This document shows positions 19,489 through 28,342 of a stretch of DNA of 48,595 nt, piece after piece. Within the stretch, counting starts at the first letter, position 1; each line of letters opens with the position of its first letter. A program made the position numbers and the translations under genes. The notes under the pieces were generated by a model, which was given only the letters and a program-made list of their open reading frames with translations, did no database searches and was not told the DNA's origin. Origin of the DNA: an uncultured Rhodobacterales bacterium (lineage in GTDB: Bacteria > Pseudomonadota > Alphaproteobacteria > Rhodospirillales > Rhodospirillaceae). Location of the stretch: the NCBI GenBank assembly GCA_964352705.1, contig CAYGSZ010000001.1, positions 9,689 through 58,283 on the forward strand, given 5' to 3'.

Positions 19489-19574
19489 GGGACGGAGCTA
19501 TACCATCCCAAGGCTAAATTCGCAGCAGGAAATGATCCAGAAGGCGGGAGTTGGTGCGTGTTTGTCTCAGAGCG

Positions 19575-20291
19575 TTAGCCTGCCGCTGCTTTGGCCGGAG
19601 GAAGATCTGCGGCGGTCATGCTTTCGCGCAGCACATACCCGCGCCCCCAGACTGTCTCAATGTAATGCTCTCCACCGGTGGCATTGGCGATTTTCTTGCG
19701 CAATTTACAGATAAAAACATCAATAATCTTAAGCTCCGGTTCATCCATGCCACCATAGAGATGGTTGAGGAACTGCTCCTTGGTCAAAGTGGTTCCTTTG
19801 CGCAAAGCTAGGAGTTCTAAAATGCCATATTCTTTGCCAGTCAGATGTAACGGCTCGCCTTCTACCGCAGCAGTCCGGTCTTCTAGGTGAACAGCAAGCT
19901 TGCCGACTTCGACCTTCGGTTGTGAATGCCCCTTTGAGCGGCGGACAATGGCTTGAATACGAGCCATCAACTCATCTCGGTTGAAAGGCTTGGTCAGGTA
20001 ATCATCTGCGCCAATGCCAAACCCTTGAACTTTCTTAGAGGGTTCCGTCAAACCAGACAGAATGAGAACCGGCGTGTTGACTTTAGAGTTTCGCAACTGA
20101 CGCAGTACTTCAAGACCATCCATATCCGGAAGCATGAGATCCAGGATTACCAGATCATATTCATAAAGCTTCCCAATCTCGATGCCATCTTCACCCATGT
20201 CGGTAGTGTCAACCACCCACTCTTCTTTCTTCAACATGGCTTCGATGGTTTGTGCCGTCGATGGATCATCCTCAACCAAAAGAATACGCAT
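19575..20291 (-). CDS. ctrA: Cell-cycle master response regulator CtrA (OmpR-type)
   Basis: MRILLVEDD..., [23 protein letters not shown], and the C-terminal block [52 protein letters not shown]...[13 protein letters not shown] characteristic of CtrA. The start at 20291 (MRILL) is preferred to 20321. Confidence 0.9.
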   Translation of the reverse strand: MRILLVEDDPSTAQTIEAMLKKEEWVVDTTDMGEDGIEIGKLYEYDLVILDLMLPDMDGLEVLRQLRNSKVNTPVLILSGLTEPSKKVQGFGIGADDYLTKPFNRDELMARIQAIVRRSKGHSQPKVEVGKLAVHLEDRTAAVEGEPLHLTGKEYGILELLALRKGTTLTKEQFLNHLYGGMDEPELKIIDVFICKLRKKIANATGGEHYIETVWGRGYVLRESMTAADLPPAKAAAG

Positions 20292-20324
20292 GACAGTCTG
20301 CCCCTTACAGTTCACACCCACATA

Positions 20325-20339
20325 TTAACGGTTATTAAC
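20325..20339. promoter_or_regulatory. TTAAC-N5-TTAAC direct repeat (CtrA-box-like but with 10-bp rather than 11-bp register) 34 nt upstream of the ctrA start
   Basis: Sequence ttaacggttattaac is read directly. The canonical CtrA box is TTAA-N7-TTAAC; here the spacer is N6. Confidence 0.25.
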
Positions 20340-20576
20340 ATATCATGAAGGATAAGGTATTACTAGGAGTTCTGCCGAGTCGCAATATAACAACGAAATC
20401 AACAGATTCCAGCTGATGGCACCTTTTACTCGCCGTTAACGGCCTTACCTTAAGTACTATGGGTAGCGACCTTAGCGTCTGGTCGCAGCCCTGGCCGGTG
20501 TGACTGGGACTCGCACATGCTATGATGGGTAAATTATGGCCGAAACCCGGTCAGTTGCGATGGGACATAGAGTGCG

Positions 20577-22046
20577 GTGACGTTAGATATCTCAACACTA
20601 ATCAATGATTTGGGCCGCCTTTCTGTTCATCGCGTTTTTGGGCGGGTCTCCGCTGTGCAAGGCTTGCTTATCGAAGTCTCTGGCATTCAGGGGAACTTAT
20701 CTGTTGGAGACCGGTGCAACATCATCGCACGCGATGATCGCCGTGTTGTCTGTGAGGTTGTCGGCTTTCGGGATGACCGTGCTTTACTGATGCCCTTCGG
20801 TGCTCTTGAGGGGGTTGGTCTCGGATGTCGCGCTGAAATTGGCGAGAGCCAGCCGGCAATTTTTCCAGATGACGCGTGGCTTGGTCGTGTGATTAACGCC
20901 ATGGGGCGTCCGGTTGATGATAAGGGCGCGCTGCCATCAGGGTCAGAACCCTATCAAATCAAGAATTCTCCTCCGCCAGCCCACACTCGTAAACGCATCG
21001 GTTCCAAAGTCGATGTTGGAATTCGATCCCTCAACACCTTTACAACATGTTGCCATGGACAACGGATGGGTATTTTTGCAGGCTCTGGTGTTGGCAAGTC
21101 GACGGTTTTATCGATGATGGCGCGTTATACCAACGCCGACGTTACTGTTGTTGGTCTGGTCGGTGAGCGTGGTCGTGAGGCCAGGGAGTTTATTGAAGAC
21201 GACCTTGGCCCAGAGGGCCTCGCGCGTTCTGTCGTCGTCGTCGCGACATCTGACGAGCCTCCTTTGATGCGCCGCCAAGCCGCTTATGTGACAATGGCTG
21301 TTGCGGAATACTTCCGCGATCAAGGTAAGAATGTTCTCTGTTTAATGGACTCCGTAACTCGTTTTTCAATGGCTCAGCGCGAAATAAGTCTCTCGGCTGG
21401 CGAACCCCCTGCAGCCAAGGGGTATACCCCCAGTGTTTTTGCTGAGCTTCCAAAACTTCTGGAGCGCGCGGGTCCAGGCCGCAAGAAAACCGGCAACATT
21501 ACTGGATTATTTACGGTTCTTGTTGAGGGCGATGACCACAACGAACCCATTTCTGATGCGGTGCGTGGCATATTGGATGGTCATATTGTTTTGAATCGCG
21601 CCATTGCAGAGCGCGGCCGATATCCGGCAATTGATGTTCTACGATCGATTTCCAGAACCATGCCTGGATGTAATACGGATGATCAGAATGAACTTCTCAA
21701 ACGTGCTCGGAAATATATCTCAGCGTATGAGGATATGGCCGAATTAATTCGGCTTGGAGCGTATCGCCGTGGGTCGAATCCTGAAGTCGACGAGGCTGTG
21801 TTCTATTATCCCCGCATTGAAGACTTCATGCGACAGACCAAAGACGATCATTCCGACCTTGAGACATGCTATCGTCTTCTTGAGGAAGCTTTGACGCCGC
21901 CAGATGAGCTTGGTGCTGTATCTAAAAAAGCGGCGGCTCCCGCTTCAGCCCCACGACCAATATCTGTCACCGGCTCAGGGCCTGATCTGAACAATCCGTC
22001 TAGTGTGCAGGCGACTTCTCCGACGTCGCCCCGTGTTGCGGAGTAG
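20577..22046 (+). CDS. fliI: Flagellum-specific export ATPase FliI with a low-complexity C-terminal tail
   Basis: Walker A GSGVGKST, Walker B LCLMDSVTRF, GYTPSVF, ITGLFTVLVEGDD, RYPAIDVLRSISR. GTG start. Confidence 0.9.
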   Translation: MTLDISTLINDLGRLSVHRVFGRVSAVQGLLIEVSGIQGNLSVGDRCNIIARDDRRVVCEVVGFRDDRALLMPFGALEGVGLGCRAEIGESQPAIFPDDAWLGRVINAMGRPVDDKGALPSGSEPYQIKNSPPPAHTRKRIGSKVDVGIRSLNTFTTCCHGQRMGIFAGSGVGKSTVLSMMARYTNADVTVVGLVGERGREAREFIEDDLGPEGLARSVVVVATSDEPPLMRRQAAYVTMAVAEYFRDQGKNVLCLMDSVTRFSMAQREISLSAGEPPAAKGYTPSVFAELPKLLERAGPGRKKTGNITGLFTVLVEGDDHNEPISDAVRGILDGHIVLNRAIAERGRYPAIDVLRSISRTMPGCNTDDQNELLKRARKYISAYEDMAELIRLGAYRRGSNPEVDEAVFYYPRIEDFMRQTKDDHSDLETCYRLLEEALTPPDELGAVSKKAAAPASAPRPISVTGSGPDLNNPSSVQATSPTSPRVAE

Positions 22047-22056
22047 ATAGAATACA

Positions 22057-22494
22057 ATGCCGTCCAGTGACCTTGAAACCCTAATCCGCCTAAGAAAATT
22101 TGAAGTTGATGAGCTTCAAAGGGCCATGGCTCTCTTGCTGCGTCAAGAAGAGGCTGTTCTGAGCGGTATTGATGCGTTGCACCAAGAGAAGGAAAGCGAG
22201 AGATCCTTTATGGCAAGTGCAGGGCTTTTGGAAGGGTCAACATTTGCACCTTATCTTGAGCATTGGGCAACGCGGCACGAGCAATTCAAGCAAGTTTTGG
22301 TGCAAGTGCGCGAACAAATAGAAGCTGAACGTGACAAGTTGTCAGATGCTTACCGTCGCCTCAAGACTTTTGAAATCACACAAGAACAGCGTGACGAAGC
22401 AGAGGCTCTGGAAGAAAGCCGCCTTGAGCAAATTGAGCTTGATGAGATGGGCCTGGAGTTGCATCGCCGAGAGCAAAACGTGCATGTGCTTTAA
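22057..22494 (+). CDS. fliJ: Flagellar export chaperone FliJ
   Basis: 145-aa coiled-coil protein immediately after fliI. The N-terminal [11 protein letters not shown] matches the alphaproteobacterial FliJ start (LIRLKRFQVDE-like). Confidence 0.7.
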   Translation: MPSSDLETLIRLRKFEVDELQRAMALLLRQEEAVLSGIDALHQEKESERSFMASAGLLEGSTFAPYLEHWATRHEQFKQVLVQVREQIEAERDKLSDAYRRLKTFEITQEQRDEAEALEESRLEQIELDEMGLELHRREQNVHVL

Positions 22495-23708
22495 GGCCTT
22501 GATGACACAGCCCGCAGCGCTACAAAGCCATCAGTTCCATCAGGTGCGATAACGCGAACCCAGGACCCACCTGGGCTTACTTCCGTCACCAGCAGGTTCG
22601 TGTCTTTCGCGAGTATCATAAGAACCTGATAATCCTCTCCCGGGCCAGTTCGAAGGTTAAGGGCGTCCGTTTTAACGGAAACATTCGCTCCAATGCGCAC
22701 CGATGGCCCACTCATGAATGTGCTGATCCGCCCAGCGGTCTCTATTACCCAATTTGTAAGAGATGTCGGAGTGCTCATTGTAGCGGTGACACTAAGCCAA
22801 ACAATAAATGCGATTAGCGGCATCAGTTGGGCAATTGGAGCCCACCCGGATTTATCCCAACGAGTCTTTAAGTGCTTTGCACTGTGTGCGGAAAGCGAGA
22901 GTAAAAGAGTGTCTACCTCGCGCCGGAGTGTCGGCGTATTGGCATAAGCCAGCGCTTGCTCGGCGGTGCCGCGTGCAAGTGTTAGGTCTCCACGCTCTTG
23001 AAAGGCTTTTGCTTGACGGACCAGTAAACGCGTATTGCGGTCGGCAGGTTTGCGGCCGCCTCGAACATTGTTCAATAAGGCCCTGATGGTTTCTTTTGGT
23101 CCATTGGGAATGGCCCACCACCCCGTTAGCCAGGTCACAAAACTTGCCTTCAACGCTGCACGATCGGCGCAAGTTCGGCAAAATACACCGGATATAGTTT
23201 TCTTTTTTACAGACCGGCCCAGTCCAGCAACCATGTCAAACTCTACATAACGCGGCTGCGCTGTCACTTTGCCGCATTGGCACACTTCTGGTTTGAAACT
23301 AGACGATGGACGTGTTGATTTCTGAGAGTGCGATGTTGAATTGTCTGTCTGTGTTTCTGTTGGGTTAGGTTTCGTCTTGGTCTCTTGCTTAGGATTGGAC
23401 TCAGTTTTTGTCTGAGCTTGTGACTGTGCTTTTGAATGTGATTTAGATTTCGGACCGGACTCTGCTTTTGACGTATTCGTTGATCGCGTTTTATCGTAGG
23501 CTGCGCGCTTTTCAACATCAGAAAGCACATTATAGGCTTCTGTCAGGCGTTGAAACTGTTTGGCGGCAAGGGGGGAGGGGTTGATGTCTGGATGTAATCG
23601 TTTTGCTTTGCCACGATAAGCACTCTTGATGCCGTCAGCATCCGCATTGTCGGAGACGCCAAGCATCGCGTAGTAGCCTTTGGGGTCGTGGCTGAGATCT
23701 CTCACCAC
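22491..23708 (-). CDS. J-domain membrane protein with Cys-pair region, K/T/S/Q-rich linker, one TM segment and a C-terminal SH3b-like domain
   Basis: GTG start. J domain YYAMLGV...[10 protein letters not shown] (HPD motif). CQCG...CRTC Cys pairs. TM segment [18 protein letters not shown]-terminal [26 protein letters not shown]...WVRV resembles bacterial SH3_3. Confidence 0.75.
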   Translation of the reverse strand: MVRDLSHDPKGYYAMLGVSDNADADGIKSAYRGKAKRLHPDINPSPLAAKQFQRLTEAYNVLSDVEKRAAYDKTRSTNTSKAESGPKSKSHSKAQSQAQTKTESNPKQETKTKPNPTETQTDNSTSHSQKSTRPSSSFKPEVCQCGKVTAQPRYVEFDMVAGLGRSVKKKTISGVFCRTCADRAALKASFVTWLTGWWAIPNGPKETIRALLNNVRGGRKPADRNTRLLVRQAKAFQERGDLTLARGTAEQALAYANTPTLRREVDTLLLSLSAHSAKHLKTRWDKSGWAPIAQLMPLIAFIVWLSVTATMSTPTSLTNWVIETAGRISTFMSGPSVRIGANVSVKTDALNLRTGPGEDYQVLMILAKDTNLLVTEVSPGGSWVRVIAPDGTDGFVALRAVSSRP

Positions 23709-23897
23709 TTTGCTCCGCTGTGTTTAAAGGTCTGAAAGGGTACGTGAGTACCCCAGAGTCACGCGATACATGGGTGTAAGGATACCTTCCCAGATATCCA
23801 ATACTGTTGCCGAAAATGCCTTGGCAATGCAAAGAAAGGGTTAAGAAAACATCCGTGGTGCCATCACATTGGCGCGACTCTAGAGTATTTTTGTGAG

Positions 23898-24950
23898 TCA
23901 CGCCTTTCCGGTGAGCTTGCGATGTTGCTTCACGCCCTTGATCAGCTTGCCGAATTTTTTGTCTTTGAAGCGGCGCTCCGCTAAACTTTCTGTATTTCGA
24001 GCATCTTCAGCTGAAAGTTTTTGAAACCGCAACAGCCGTTGTTCATTTAGGTCGCCGCGACTAACAGCATCTTTGACGGCGCAACCGGGTTCAGCAAGGT
24101 GCGCACAATCAGAGAACCGGCATTGCAAAGCAAGATCAAAGATATCCGCGAACACTTGTCCCAAGCCCTGTTCGACATCCGAAAGTTGCAGTTCGCGCAT
24201 GCCCGGGGTGTCCAACACCCATCCTCCTGAGGGCAGATGATGGAGCGAACGACCGGATGTCGTGTGTCGTCCTTTTGCGTCGTCATCACGAATACTCTGC
24301 GTCGCCTGCACGGGTTCGCCAGACAGTGAGTTTAATAATGTTGATTTCCCAACGCCAGACGATCCGACAAAGGCAACGGTCTGGCCGGTAACGCACCAGG
24401 GTATTAATTTCTCTACAGAGTCCTGAGATGTTGCGTTGATCACTTCAACAAATGAAACACTGCCAAGCCGGGAGGCTTCCTCGGTGTAAGGGCTGACGTC
24501 TTCGCAGAGATCAGCTTTGGTCAAAACAATGACAGGGGTGACGCCAGCTTCTCCCGCCAACACAAGGTAGCGTTCTAGTCGAGCGGTGTTGAAGTCCTGA
24601 TTGCAAGAGGACACGATGAACAATGTGTCTACATTTGCAGCAATCAATTGTGTGCGTCTGTCGTGTCCCGGGGCCTTACGTTTGAAGATACTGGTTCGTG
24701 AAAGTAGCCGTTCGAGCGTGCCCGTATCAGGATTAACAAGCACCCAGTCCCCGACCGTTGGAACATCGTCGTCTGTCATATCTGTATTGGGTAGAGACAA
24801 GCGTAGTTCAGACGTCGTGGTAAGCACATCTACAGCACCACGGTGTGCGGCTATTACTCGTGCTGCGATGAGGTTTTCCAGGTCTTCGATCGAAAGTTGA
24901 GATTGGAAGAAAGGGGACCAACCAAGGTCTGTCAATGTCGGAGTCATCAT
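23898..24950 (-). CDS. rsgA: Ribosome small-subunit-dependent GTPase A
   Basis: Circularly permuted GTPase: LTKADL (NKxD-like), GSSGVGKSTLLN (G1), DTPGMRE, and zinc-finger CRFSDCAH..EPGCAV. Confidence 0.9.
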   Translation of the reverse strand: MMTPTLTDLGWSPFFQSQLSIEDLENLIAARVIAAHRGAVDVLTTTSELRLSLPNTDMTDDDVPTVGDWVLVNPDTGTLERLLSRTSIFKRKAPGHDRRTQLIAANVDTLFIVSSCNQDFNTARLERYLVLAGEAGVTPVIVLTKADLCEDVSPYTEEASRLGSVSFVEVINATSQDSVEKLIPWCVTGQTVAFVGSSGVGKSTLLNSLSGEPVQATQSIRDDDAKGRHTTSGRSLHHLPSGGWVLDTPGMRELQLSDVEQGLGQVFADIFDLALQCRFSDCAHLAEPGCAVKDAVSRGDLNEQRLLRFQKLSAEDARNTESLAERRFKDKKFGKLIKGVKQHRKLTGKA

Positions 24951-25375
24951 GGTTTATTATCTCGATCCTTTGCGCTGTCTACGTATTAAGATACGCAGCA
25001 GAAGCGTTATCCTTCAGGTCGGTCAAATACCCAGTAACCCGGTGATTTGACACGCCTACGGCAGTGCTGATCGAGACTTTACCCCCTGGTTTTGAGGCAC
25101 CGCTGATTATGCGATTGCGACGTTTCGATCAGTGTAGGATGAAACAATGGCTTGCACAAAATACTCCGCTTGAAGTGACCCATTTGTTTAGGCTCATACG
25201 CACATCCAATCAAGCTGTGCGACGTTGTTTACATATTATTGGTGATGACCTGAAAAGGTCCAACACAAAGGCGTTTAACAGCTTTGATTGTTGATTGGCG
25301 CGCCTGCGAATTAGGGCTGTGACCCTACTAAGGGGTAAGCTTACGAAGCATAAAGATTGGTTAAGGAATACACAT

Positions 25376-26191
25376 ATGACTTTTAAAGTGCCTGGCAGCG
25401 TGGCTTTGGTCACGGGAGCTAATCAAGGGATTGGTAAAGGGTTCGTTGAAGTACTTTTAGAACGCGGTGCCGCAAAGGTTTATGCCACGGCGAGGCGGCC
25501 AGAAACATTTGAGGAACTCCAGGCTTTGGATCCTAAACATGTCGTGCCGCTTCGGCTTGATATCACCAACCCAGGACTCAGAGCTGCGGTGAGCGCGCAG
25601 TCCCCGGATGTCACGCTGCTCATCAATAACGCTGGAATTCCGGGCAATCCTGCTGAGCCCGATGAGCGACGCATTCTTTCGGCAACTAAGCTAGACGATG
25701 CCAAAAGAGTAATGGACACCAATATGTGGTCCCAGGCTGAGATGTGTCGGCTCTATGCGGAGCGTCTCATTGGAAATGCCGAATCGTCAGGGTCCGATAG
25801 CGGCATCATCAATATTATTTCTATTGGAGCCTTGTTCTGTTTGCCTGAGTATATGAGCTATTCCATCTCGAAAGCAGCTTACGCTGCTATGACAGCAGGT
25901 GTGCGCGCTGAACTGCATCACGACCCTGTCCAGGTGGCGGGAGTCTTCACAGGTGCTGTAGAGACGCGTTCCGCAGGCAAGGGCGATTACCCAAAGACCT
26001 CGCCGGTAGAACACGCCCATGAAGTGCTGGATGCGATGGAGGCGGGTGAGACCACCATCTTCGCCGCAAAGATGGCGACAGATATCCGTGATCAAATACA
26101 CGCCGATCCAAAAGCTTTTGAGGCTCAAGTCATTGAACGTTTTTACAACAATCCAATCTCAGTCGATCCGGGGGATTATACCAATGGTTAA
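25376..26191 (+). CDS. SDR-family oxidoreductase (classical)
   Basis: VTGANQGIGKG, LINNAG, YSISK (YxxxK). The ATG at 25376 is preferred to the extended track start at 25295. Confidence 0.85.
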   Translation: MTFKVPGSVALVTGANQGIGKGFVEVLLERGAAKVYATARRPETFEELQALDPKHVVPLRLDITNPGLRAAVSAQSPDVTLLINNAGIPGNPAEPDERRILSATKLDDAKRVMDTNMWSQAEMCRLYAERLIGNAESSGSDSGIINIISIGALFCLPEYMSYSISKAAYAAMTAGVRAELHHDPVQVAGVFTGAVETRSAGKGDYPKTSPVEHAHEVLDAMEAGETTIFAAKMATDIRDQIHADPKAFEAQVIERFYNNPISVDPGDYTNG

Positions 26192-26999
26192 ATTTGTAAG
26201 AGTACAACTCATGGGAGTGGCAGTTATAGCCCTGCTGCTCGCTATAACTGCCGCAGAAGCGCAAAGTATGTCTGCCGCTGCACAGCAATCGACAGTGCTT
26301 GTAACCGGCTCTAACCGCGGGATTGGTTTGGAATTTGTCAGGCAATATGCGGCAAAGGGGTGGCAGGTCATCGCGACAACCAGACGGCCCGCGCAGGCCG
26401 ATGAGTTGCAGCGCTTGGCCAAGCAACACACCAATATTGTAGTTGAAATTCTGGACGTGGCCGACGGTGATCATCTGGCCGCGCTTGCCAAAAAGTATAA
26501 AGGTCAACCGATTGATGTTTTGATCAATAACGCTGGCGTGTCTGGCGATTTTCAAGGTCCGGGGCAGAGCTTCGGTACCTTAGATTATACCACAGTTGAT
26601 ACCTTTATGAGCGTCAACGCGATTGGCCCTCTGCGTGTTACAGAAGCGTTCTACGATAACATCAAGGCGGGGCAGCAGAAAAAGGTTGTCGCTATCACGG
26701 CGCTGCTGGGCGTCCATAGCTTCAAGTATGGAAACTTTGATGGTGCCTATTGGTACAAAGTGAGTAAGGCTGCCATGAATGCGGCCATGTACAACGTTGC
26801 ACGCGAGGCCCTTAAAGATGGTGTCACTGTTGCCCTGATTACGCCAGGGGAGGTCGCGGTCGAGAAGGTTGAAAATCCTGGCCCTGAATTTATCTCGCCA
26901 CAAGTTTCTATAAGCGGGATGATTGATGTGATCGCTGCTCTGACACTAGAAGATGCAGGCACCATCATTCGTTACAACGGCACGCGCTATCAGTTCTAG
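26184..26999 (+). CDS. SDR-family oxidoreductase (C-factor-like); N-terminus is a signal/anchor or a mis-start
   Basis: VTGSNRGIGLEF, LINNAG, YKVSK. From 26184 the N-terminus MVKFVRVQLMGVAVIALLLAITAAEAQS looks like a Sec signal. The alternative ATG at 26268 gives a conventional cytoplasmic SDR (MSAAAQQSTVLVTG). Confidence 0.8.
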   Translation: MVKFVRVQLMGVAVIALLLAITAAEAQSMSAAAQQSTVLVTGSNRGIGLEFVRQYAAKGWQVIATTRRPAQADELQRLAKQHTNIVVEILDVADGDHLAALAKKYKGQPIDVLINNAGVSGDFQGPGQSFGTLDYTTVDTFMSVNAIGPLRVTEAFYDNIKAGQQKKVVAITALLGVHSFKYGNFDGAYWYKVSKAAMNAAMYNVAREALKDGVTVALITPGEVAVEKVENPGPEFISPQVSISGMIDVIAALTLEDAGTIIRYNGTRYQF

Positions 27000-27048
27000 T
27001 CTGTTTCCTGCTGGGAAATTGGAAACATTCCAGTTGCTTTAATTGGAC

Positions 27049-28179
27049 TTATTCTGCTGCTGCCTTCTCTGAAGCACTTGGTGCAACAGTTGGCGCCGCT
27101 TCAATGGCCCAGCCTTTGGCCGCGCGTCGCGCTGGACTAGGGATTGCAAACGCTTTCTGCTCCCGTAATCGATTCACCTTTGCTGTATCGATACGCCATC
27201 CTTGGTTTTCCCATTCGGCAATGAATTCGCGGTAGCGGTTCACTACATTATCAGCTTTAACCAGAACTTCTTCTGTCGAGGACTGTGGCGTGTAAAAGGG
27301 CTCAATGCGTTCGATTACAACTTTGTCCTGCATCATCACCGCTGAATTGCGTTCATTAATAGTCTCATCCATTTCAGGGTCGGCCCTGAAATTGCGCGCT
27401 TGCAGGAAGAAACGCTTCAGAATTTTCTCATCTACGGGTGTGGAGAAGCCATACTGATGCGCCCAAGCAAATGGGCTGAAGTGTAACTTTGTCCAGGCGC
27501 TTGCGGGGCCGTGATTGCCGGCTCCTGCTTCCATTTGGCCTTCACCTTTGAGGCCCTTCATTTTGGAGTCAGGGAGGTCGGGTGACTCAAAAACTGTCAT
27601 CGTGCCGCATCCCCACTCTTCTTCGATAAGCTTTAGATCTGGGACACGATAGTCGTCACGGTCTCCTTGGTATCCCATTGATGGGTGCACGAATTCCGTA
27701 TGTGCGGGGTCTAAGGTGTTCTCGACAGCACGTTGATAGTTTGTCGTCCACTCATAGACTTGAGTAGTAACGCGCCATCCTTCTTGATCAAACTCTGGAA
27801 TATCCATGATCGGGGGACGCTCTGCTTCTGGTAGATCGCCAAGAAATGCGAAAACGAGGCCGTACTTTTCTTGTGTGGGGTAGCTGTCGACTTTTGCGCG
27901 CGCAGGAATTTTTCCTTCAGCACCGAGAGAAGGAATTTTAATGCAAACACCATCCTCTCCTTTGAATTGCCAGCCGTGATACGGACATTCGATGGCATCC
28001 CCTTTAACTTTGCCATGCGCGAGAGAGGCGCCGCGGTGGACACAGAGGTTGGACAGGCAGTGAACTTGTCCGGCAGAGTCCCGGAAGACGACGAAATCAA
28101 AGCCGAGCATTTTTACGTGAATCGGTTCTTCTTTGACGTTTTCGCTCAAGTCAGCCACGTACCAGAAATTCATGAACAT
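27049..28179 (-). CDS. Rieske [2Fe-2S] non-heme iron oxygenase, catalytic (alpha-type) subunit
   Basis: CVHRGASL...CPYHGWQF Rieske motif. Downstream ENTLDPAHTEFVH fits a mononuclear-iron motif. No reductase or ferredoxin partner in the window. Confidence 0.85.
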   Translation of the reverse strand: MFMNFWYVADLSENVKEEPIHVKMLGFDFVVFRDSAGQVHCLSNLCVHRGASLAHGKVKGDAIECPYHGWQFKGEDGVCIKIPSLGAEGKIPARAKVDSYPTQEKYGLVFAFLGDLPEAERPPIMDIPEFDQEGWRVTTQVYEWTTNYQRAVENTLDPAHTEFVHPSMGYQGDRDDYRVPDLKLIEEEWGCGTMTVFESPDLPDSKMKGLKGEGQMEAGAGNHGPASAWTKLHFSPFAWAHQYGFSTPVDEKILKRFFLQARNFRADPEMDETINERNSAVMMQDKVVIERIEPFYTPQSSTEEVLVKADNVVNRYREFIAEWENQGWRIDTAKVNRLREQKAFAIPSPARRAAKGWAIEAAPTVAPSASEKAAAE

Positions 28180-28275
28180 AGGTGTGTCCTTCAGTTTGTT
28201 TGTGCCTGTTTAACACTAGGCCTGCGCAGGTTTGTCTCAATGATATTACGCTTATGTCTTAGTTAACTGGCTGGC

Positions 28276-28293
28276 TAATCAAAAGGTTGATTA
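28276..28293. promoter_or_regulatory. Perfect 7-bp inverted repeat TAATCAA-N4-TTGATTA upstream of the Rieske oxygenase gene; candidate operator
   Basis: Read directly. It is flanked by a duplicated 9-mer TGGCTAATC (28272-28280 and 28311-28319). Confidence 0.25.
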
Positions 28294-28342
28294 ATGGTCT
28301 GACCGCATTTTGGCTAATCCTCACGGTAGGTAGGGCTATGTG

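Noticed and set aside
20417-20433. TGGCAC resembling a sigma-54 -24 element upstream of fliI
   Set aside because: The -12 position reads ACTC rather than TTGC. GG-N10-GC spacing is not satisfied.
20436-20453. TTAA-N10-TTAA (gttaacggccttaccttaag) as a CtrA box
   Set aside because: The spacer is 3 nt too long for the TTAA-N7-TTAA consensus.
23330-23470. Possible nucleotide tandem repeat underlying the K/T/S/Q-rich linker of the J-domain protein
   Set aside because: The DNA is compositionally biased, but I see no exact repeating unit. It is a low-complexity coding region, not a VNTR.
25064-25413. ORFs 25064-25294 (+) and 25210-25413 (-) in the long rsgA/SDR intergenic region as real genes
   Set aside because: They overlap each other, lack recognisable SD sequences and motifs, and have atypical composition. 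The region is reported as non-coding of interest instead.
27049-27064. Shared 3'-terminal sequence TTATTCTGCTGC[T/C]GCC at the ends of the Rieske (27049) and flavoprotein (38179) genes; both proteins end ...AAAE
   Set aside because: It is only 12 identical nucleotides and is explained by both ORFs ending in Ala-Ala-Glu-stop with the same codons. There is no extended similarity suggesting recombination or a mobile cassette boundary.
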